Shown: positions 59,107 through 64,000 of the stretch, piece after piece
Layout of the letters: every line of letters begins with the position of its first letter
Numbering within the stretch: the stretch's first letter is position 1
NCBI GenBank assembly: GCA_037310415.1
Contig: CP147780.1
Location: 1,184,001-1,248,000, forward strand
Length of the DNA: 64,000 nucleotides
Source of the DNA: Candidatus Atabeyarchaeum deiterrae
Lineage (GTDB): Archaea > Asgardarchaeota > Atabeyarchaeia > Atabeyarchaeales > Atabeyarchaeaceae
Direction: 5' to 3'
Notes under the pieces: model-generated
Told to the model about the DNA's origin: nothing
Databases searched by the model: none
The model's input: the letters and a program-made list of their open reading frames with translations, nothing else
Position numbers and translations under genes: made by a program

Positions 59107-61025
59107 TTTTTCACTCCGCCTTTGATTGCTTTCTGCCTGCAGATCTGCACGCAAGCACCACATGCGCAACAGAGGGCATAGTCTATTCTCGCTTTTGAGT
59201 TCTTGTCGTCCCAGATTATTGCAGGACAACCAAACTCACTCGTGCATGCCATGCATCCATTGCACAGATCAGGATCGACCATCAGCGGTTTTGGTGGAGG
59301 TAATCCTTGCGCTCTCCTCTGCTTCAACATCTCAGTCGAGCATACTCTTCTGAATATTATGACTGATGCTTTTGGCTGCGATAGCGTCCTTTTGGCAGCG
59401 TCGATAGATTTTCGTATATTGTACGGGTCGACGATCTCTACGTTCTCAATCCCGCAGGCCTTCACAATGTCCTCTATCTTCACTTTTGAAGTTTTTTCTC
59501 CCATTGCAGTGTATCCGCTCCCAGGGTGTGGCTGGAAACCAGTCATACCAGTCACTTCATTGTCTAGTATGACAGTGGTAAACTTGGCATTATTGAATGT
59601 GGCGTTTATCAACGAAGGAATTCCAGCGTGGTAAAAAGTCGAATCTCCTATGAAAGCTATCACTGGCAAGTTGACTCCAGTCTTTGCTATACCGTTTGAT
59701 ATTCCAATGCTACCGCCCATGCAGTTTGTAAGCATGAAAGATCTTAATGGTGGTAGCCCCATCATGCCGTAGCAACCGATGTCTCCGACTCCAATGTAAT
59801 CACCATAGCTGAGCTCCTCAATTGCCTTCTTAATCGCGTATCCGGAAGCTCTGTGAGGGCACCCTGCACACAAAGTTATCATCCTCATTCCTTTGTATTC
59901 GTCAAGCATTTGCTTGATCTCATCCCTTGCAGGAGGCGCCGGAAGAGGCTTCTTCAAGGCTTTTGATAGTACTTTCACGACATCAAGTGTGTTCAATTCA
60001 CCAGAGACGGGCGTGTATTCATTCATTTTGCCCAAGATCTCTACGCTCGATGAATCGTCTTTTGCAAATGCCCTTAGATTCAGTTCGATGATCGGATCCG
60101 TTTCTTCAAAGATTACCACTCGCTTCACGGATTTGATCAGCTTAGATACTTTCTCAGTTGGGAGAGGAAAGGACATCCCTAGTTGCAGAAATGCGACACT
60201 GGCACCCAGCTTGTCCACAGCTTCTTCAACGTAATGTCGGGTTACGCCAGATGCGATTACCCCTAGCTCCTCGTCTCCATTCATAGTCAGTGTGTTTCCA
60301 GGGTAGATGTTTGATACTTCAGCTGCTTCCTTCAACCGTACCTTGTGGATCTTTTCATGTAGGTATCCCATATCAACCCAGCCACGCTCTTGGATCATCT
60401 CGAATCCAAGTTCAGCTGAAGTTGGAACAAACTCGGGAATCCTTTTCTCTTTTGGGAGCTCTCCTAATATGACATCTCCAGTGGCATGGCTTGTTCTAGT
60501 GGTCATTCTAACGTAGATGGGAGACTTCAGTTTCTCAGAGAATTCAAATGCTTCTTTGGTAAAGTCTTTGGCTTCTTGTGGATCCGCTGGTTCAAGAATT
60601 GGTATCTCAAAGACTCTCGCCGCTAGATTCCTCGAGTCGTACTCATTTGATGAGCTATGCCCTTGCGGATCGTCTCCTATCGCAACGACAAGCCCTCCGT
60701 TGCCGATCCGCCAGTGCGCAAAATTAATAAGAATATCGGTCATCCAGGCAACTCCATGATGCTTGGCTGAGCAAAGCGATCTCAAACCACAATAAGATGC
60801 TCCCGCAGCGCTCCATATGGCAACCGCTTCATTCGTTGACCACTGAGCATAAACACCTAGATCCCTTCCGACACGAGCTAAAGTCTCCAATACCTCAGAT
60901 GATGGAGTTCCTGGATAGGAAGAAGCGAACTGGCAATTTCCTTCGATCGCCCCCCTTGCCACCGCTTCGTTACCCATTAAGAGAACTTTCTTTCTAGGAG
61001 CGTCTAACGCGACAAAATCTTTCGT
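59103..61025 (-). CDS. iorA: Indolepyruvate:ferredoxin oxidoreductase alpha subunit (probable ACG start at 61025; first ATG at 60977)
   Basis: GNEAVARG, YPGTPSSE, LCAGCPH, GDIGC, GDSTFYHAG..DN..TGMTG.Q, C-terminal 2x[4Fe-4S]. Confidence 0.9.
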   Translation of the reverse strand, partial: TKDFVALDAPRKKVLLMGNEAVARGAIEGNCQFASSYPGTPSSEVLETLARVGRDLGVYAQWSTNEAVAIWSAAGASYCGLRSLCSAKHHGVAWMTDILINFAHWRIGNGGLVVAIGDDPQGHSSSNEYDSRNLAARVFEIPILEPADPQEAKDFTKEAFEFSEKLKSPIYVRMTTRTSHATGDVILGELPKEKRIPEFVPTSAELGFEMIQERGWVDMGYLHEKIHKVRLKEAAEVSNIYPGNTLTMNGDEELGVIASGVTRHYVEEAVDKLGASVAFLQLGMSFPLPTEKVSKLIKSVKRVVIFEETDPIIELNLRAFAKDDSSSVEILGKMNEYTPVSGELNTLDVVKVLSKALKKPLPAPPARDEIKQMLDEYKGMRMITLCAGCPHRASGYAIKKAIEELSYGDYIGVGDIGCYGMMGLPPLRSFMLTNCMGGSIGISNGIAKTGVNLPVIAFIGDSTFYHAGIPSLINATFNNAKFTTVILDNEVTGMTGFQPHPGSGYTAMGEKTSKVKIEDIVKACGIENVEIVDPYNIRKSIDAAKRTLSQPKASVIIFRRVCSTEMLKQRRAQGLPPPKPLMVDPDLCNGCMACTSEFGCPAIIWDDKNSKARIDYALCCACGACVQICRQKAIKGGVKK

Positions 61026-61822
61026 ATAAATGCACCTCCATTAGGATTACTGTCTGCTCTTTGTGATTTGGTCTGCCGTTCTTTTCTCAATATTACCACA
61101 TTGTCATTACTAATCTTCGTTAGCGGGTCAAGTTTCAAATGCTGGAACCATCCTATGAATCCGAATCTCCCGTTCAGCTCTATTATCAACTGGAGTTCTT
61201 GAGGAGCGAAGTTCTTCGTATGATATGTGCTAGAGTATGTTTTCTTCTCTCCATGATCTTTGACTTCGAGGGTGATTCTGTCTTCGTATAGTTCTTGAAG
61301 CTCGTTCTCAACATTGGTCTCATAAACGGTTTTGACTTCTATGTCGCCCTTGCTTGATTTCCACTCTTCTCTGCGACTCGGCTGTAGGCTTAGGGGAAAG
61401 TTCTCCAGTAAGTATATGCCGCCTTTTTTCAATGCATTTGCGACGCAGTTGAGATGTTGAAGGAATTGCATATTGGAATCAACAAAGACTGACCCCGAGA
61501 GCAGAAACGCGAAATCACATTTCACCTTGAGTTCAAAGTCGTTCATGTCGCCTTCCACTGTTTCTATTTTCAAGTTTTCTTGTTGCGATTTTGACTTCAG
61601 ATAATCCAGCATCCTTTCGCTGACGTCTAGCCCAACTGCTTCGTAACCTCTTTCTGCAATTTCTCTGAGTTGCGGGCTCGGTCCGCAACAAATGTCCAAG
61701 AAACGCTTCACGGGGACATTGCTATACTTCTTAGCCACCTCTTCGAAGAAATCGATTTGTCTTCTGACATCTTGATAGCTGAATGCTATCTCATAGTAAT
61801 GTGGTTGTTCATACACGCCCAC
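61004..61822 (-). CDS. Class I SAM-dependent methyltransferase
   Basis: YYEIAF, LDICCGP, GLDVS..ML, GDM, LKKGG. GTG start after AGGTG. Confidence 0.82.
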   Translation of the reverse strand: MGVYEQPHYYEIAFSYQDVRRQIDFFEEVAKKYSNVPVKRFLDICCGPSPQLREIAERGYEAVGLDVSERMLDYLKSKSQQENLKIETVEGDMNDFELKVKCDFAFLLSGSVFVDSNMQFLQHLNCVANALKKGGIYLLENFPLSLQPSRREEWKSSKGDIEVKTVYETNVENELQELYEDRITLEVKDHGEKKTYSSTYHTKNFAPQELQLIIELNGRFGFIGWFQHLKLDPLTKISNDNVVILRKERQTKSQRADSNPNGGAFIRKILSR

Positions 61823-61914
61823 GAAACCACGCACCTGCTCACTGTAGAACCAAGACGGATGTCTCATATAGAAAGTGTTTCTCTCTATTAATCATAGTAG
61901 GCTGCATTGAAGTG

Positions 61915-62694
61915 ATGTTCGTGTTTGGCGCTATCATCTTCGACCTTGGCGACACTCTAGTCAAAGTCCCGTGGGGTGTCAGGCATTTGGAAAAACGTTC
62001 AGGTGGAGAGATCTCTAGGTTTGAATCGATACTGAGAGTTGCCCACGATTCTCTTATGAAAAGTGGAGTCAGCACCGATTGGAACTCTTTCTATGACAAG
62101 TACATGACAGTTCGCGCGGAACAGCTCCAATGGCAAAAGCTGACGCTGAGGGAATACGACATGGGTGAGAGATTGTCCAAAACGCTGAACGCACTTGGAT
62201 TCAGAGTTTCTTCGGATTCCGCTCTAGTTAAGAAAGCTTTGGAGGATCAATATGCGGTGTACATCAATCAGGTTGAGCTAGAGGAAGAAGTACCATTAGT
62301 CCTTCGAGATCTGCGATCGAGGTACAGGCTCGGATTAGTGACGAATTTCGCCTACACGATTTCTATTTACCAGATACTAGATAGGTTTGACCTCAGACAG
62401 TTCTTTGATGTGATCGCCGTCTCCCGTGAAGTTGGATGGGTTAAGCCAAGTCCAACGATATTTCAGTTTGCCCTTTCTTCCTTGAAACTGAGGGGTAGCC
62501 AATGTGTCTTTGTGGGAGACGACATTGAAGCGGATATTAAGGGGGCAAAGGGCGTCGGTATGAGAACTGTCCACCTCTCAAAGGAAGGGTCGACGTGCCG
62601 CGATGCAGATGTCACGATTCATCGCATAGGAGAACTGCCAAGAGTCATCCGAGAACTGGAAGGCGTCAAGAATGAGTTCCATCAGAATTCGTGA
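61915..62694 (+). CDS. HAD-superfamily hydrolase
   Basis: FDLGDTL, LVTN, KPSP.IF, FVGDD..ADI.GA..GM. Confidence 0.88.
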   Translation: MFVFGAIIFDLGDTLVKVPWGVRHLEKRSGGEISRFESILRVAHDSLMKSGVSTDWNSFYDKYMTVRAEQLQWQKLTLREYDMGERLSKTLNALGFRVSSDSALVKKALEDQYAVYINQVELEEEVPLVLRDLRSRYRLGLVTNFAYTISIYQILDRFDLRQFFDVIAVSREVGWVKPSPTIFQFALSSLKLRGSQCVFVGDDIEADIKGAKGVGMRTVHLSKEGSTCRDADVTIHRIGELPRVIRELEGVKNEFHQNS

Positions 62695-62716
62695 CTGTTC
62701 CCAGCATCCAGTAGTG

Positions 62717-63250
62717 TCAAGATCCCTTCCTTTTATCCCTCTCTTGATTCTCCAGGTCTGAGAGAATCCCCGGAAGTTCCTTCAGAGAACTGATAGTGTA
62801 GTTTGGCTTTTCCAGTGGTGAGTCAGCTTTTTCTGGGTATCTATCATTCCACTTGAAATAGATCGTCTTGATACCGAGTCTATTTGCCCCCAAGACATCA
62901 GTCTTTATCCTGTTTCCTACCATTATCGCTTCGTTTGCTTTCACGCCAAGTTTTTTCAATGCAACGCGAAATATCTTTTCATGGGGTTTCTCGTGGCCCA
63001 CGTCAACAGATGTCACGATTACGTCGAAATAGGCTTCCAGTCCAACTTTTTCCAAGGCCTTTCTGACATCTTTCTCCTCCGAAACACTCGTGTTGGTCAC
63101 AACTGCAAGCTTGTACTTCCCTCTTATCTTCTGCAGAACCTCGTCGACAAAAGGAACCTTCTCTAGATCGGCTTCCGACGTGTGTTTAGTACCCACGCTT
63201 TCTTCTGATACGAGAGTGTCTCCGAGATCGAAAAGTACTGCTTTCGTCAA
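62717..63250 (-). CDS. HAD-superfamily hydrolase (short cap)
   Basis: FDLGDTL, VTN, KPHEKIF, MVGN..TDVLGA. Confidence 0.88.
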   Translation of the reverse strand: MTKAVLFDLGDTLVSEESVGTKHTSEADLEKVPFVDEVLQKIRGKYKLAVVTNTSVSEEKDVRKALEKVGLEAYFDVIVTSVDVGHEKPHEKIFRVALKKLGVKANEAIMVGNRIKTDVLGANRLGIKTIYFKWNDRYPEKADSPLEKPNYTISSLKELPGILSDLENQERDKRKGS

Positions 63251-63449
63251 TTTTGGCTGACCCTCAGGAATCTGGAAGCAGTTACACCATATAAAACACG
63301 AAACAGGGATTTAACAAGGTATGGAATCGCTCACTTGAAGCACAATATGACGCGCTTGGTCATGAGTTATGCTGCCGCGTTGCGGTGAGTTCTTAGAATC
63401 CAGCTAGCCAAAGTGCTTCTTGATACATGCTCGATGGCATTCCCTAACA

Positions 63450-63520
63450 TTTAAGTAGTACGAATGATACATGATTGGTATGATTAATATGATTTACATG
63501 ATTTGAATGATTAGTATGAT
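63450..63520 (+). promoter_or_regulatory. TATA-like box (TTTAAGTA) followed by a 9-bp-phased ATGAT direct-repeat array, probable operator
   Basis: ATGAT at 63464, 63471, 63480, 63489, 63498, 63507 and 63516, directly upstream of an AbrB-family gene. Confidence 0.7.
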
Positions 63521-63537
63521 GCTTGCGGGTGGGAAAC

Positions 63538-63786
63538 ATGACCGAACTTGCAAAAGGGAAATTCCTTTATGGAACCGTTACAGTCGGTGAAAGAGGTCAA
63601 ATAGTCTTGCCGATTGCAGCAAGAAAACACTTCAACATTAAGGCTGGCGACAAGCTCCTTGTGGCTGGAGACTTGAAGAAAGGGTTAGCGATCCAGAAGG
63701 CGAGCATCATGAAGGACGTGGCGATGAAGATCTTGGGAGTCGTGAGCGGCAGAACTAGGGAGGAGGAATTGGAGAAGGAGGAATAG
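63538..63786 (+). CDS. AbrB/MazE/SpoVT-family DNA-binding protein
   Basis: YGTVTVGERGQIVLP..ARKHFNIKAGDKLLV. Confidence 0.9.
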   Translation: MTELAKGKFLYGTVTVGERGQIVLPIAARKHFNIKAGDKLLVAGDLKKGLAIQKASIMKDVAMKILGVVSGRTREEELEKEE

Positions 63787-63792
63787 ACCACA

Positions 63793-64000
63793 TTGGAGAC
63801 GGCGAAAAAACCGAGCTACGGCTTTGTAGCCTGGAAGTATTTCGCTTCGATGGCCGTTATTGGCTTAGGTGGGCTGACCATAGTTCTCGCGAGCTTCTTG
63901 TTTCAATTAAGCCCGCTTTTCAACTGGCTACTGCGGCTTGCGGGAGCATCCATCGCCTTCATTGGGTTATACATTGGGACTGCGTACATATTCCTGTATG
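63793..64000 (+). CDS. Membrane protein, 3'-truncated by window edge
   Basis: TTG 6 nt after the AbrB stop. Open frame METAKKPSYGFVAWKYF... with two hydrophobic segments, running to the window end. Confidence 0.65.
   Translation, partial: METAKKPSYGFVAWKYFASMAVIGLGGLTIVLASFLFQLSPLFNWLLRLAGASIAFIGLYIGTAYIFLY

Noticed and set aside
59107-59229. N-terminal extension of iorB in the ORF track
   Set aside because: It overlaps the iorA ferredoxin domain; the RBS and ATGA coupling support a start at 59106.
63464-63520. CRISPR array or simple microsatellite
   Set aside because: 5-bp cores with 4-bp variable spacers are far too short for CRISPR, and no cas genes are present.

Overview
This is an archaeal chromosomal window. 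The evidence is archaeal-type ORFs, GGAGGTG/GAGGTGA ribosome-binding sites, frequent TTG/GTG starts, a tRNA-Gln with an A1-U72 pair, an ASH-Ski2-like helicase and methanofuran genes. A roadblock protein and glycosylated C-terminally anchored surface proteins fit an Asgard- or Bathyarchaeia-like anaerobe, but taxonomy cannot be proven from this window. Main gene content: two TldD/PmbA pairs, three ADP-forming acyl-CoA synthetases, iorAB, a class II ribonucleotide reductase with an HNH intein at its catalytic Cys, a HypD-type glycyl radical enzyme with its activase, a corrinoid protein with a UroD-family methyltransferase next to mfnD-F-E/mfnB, ABC transporters, dcd, a GH116 glycosidase and one tRNA. 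Most notable observations: (i) a roadblock-TldD-PmbA cluster whose TldD lacks all zinc ligands; (ii) a free-standing double-LAGLIDADG protein fused to two HTH domains; (iii) a HypD-corrinoid-methyltransferase-methanofuran cluster; (iv) a 9-bp phased ATGAT array before an AbrB-family gene; (v) a VIT1 gene frameshifted by one extra heptamer repeat unit; (vi) a degenerate attC-like hairpin before an AT-rich methyltransferase; (vii) a probable ACG start for iorA. All family calls come from motif recognition by eye, with no database search. No CRISPR array, rRNA, integrase or transposase was seen.
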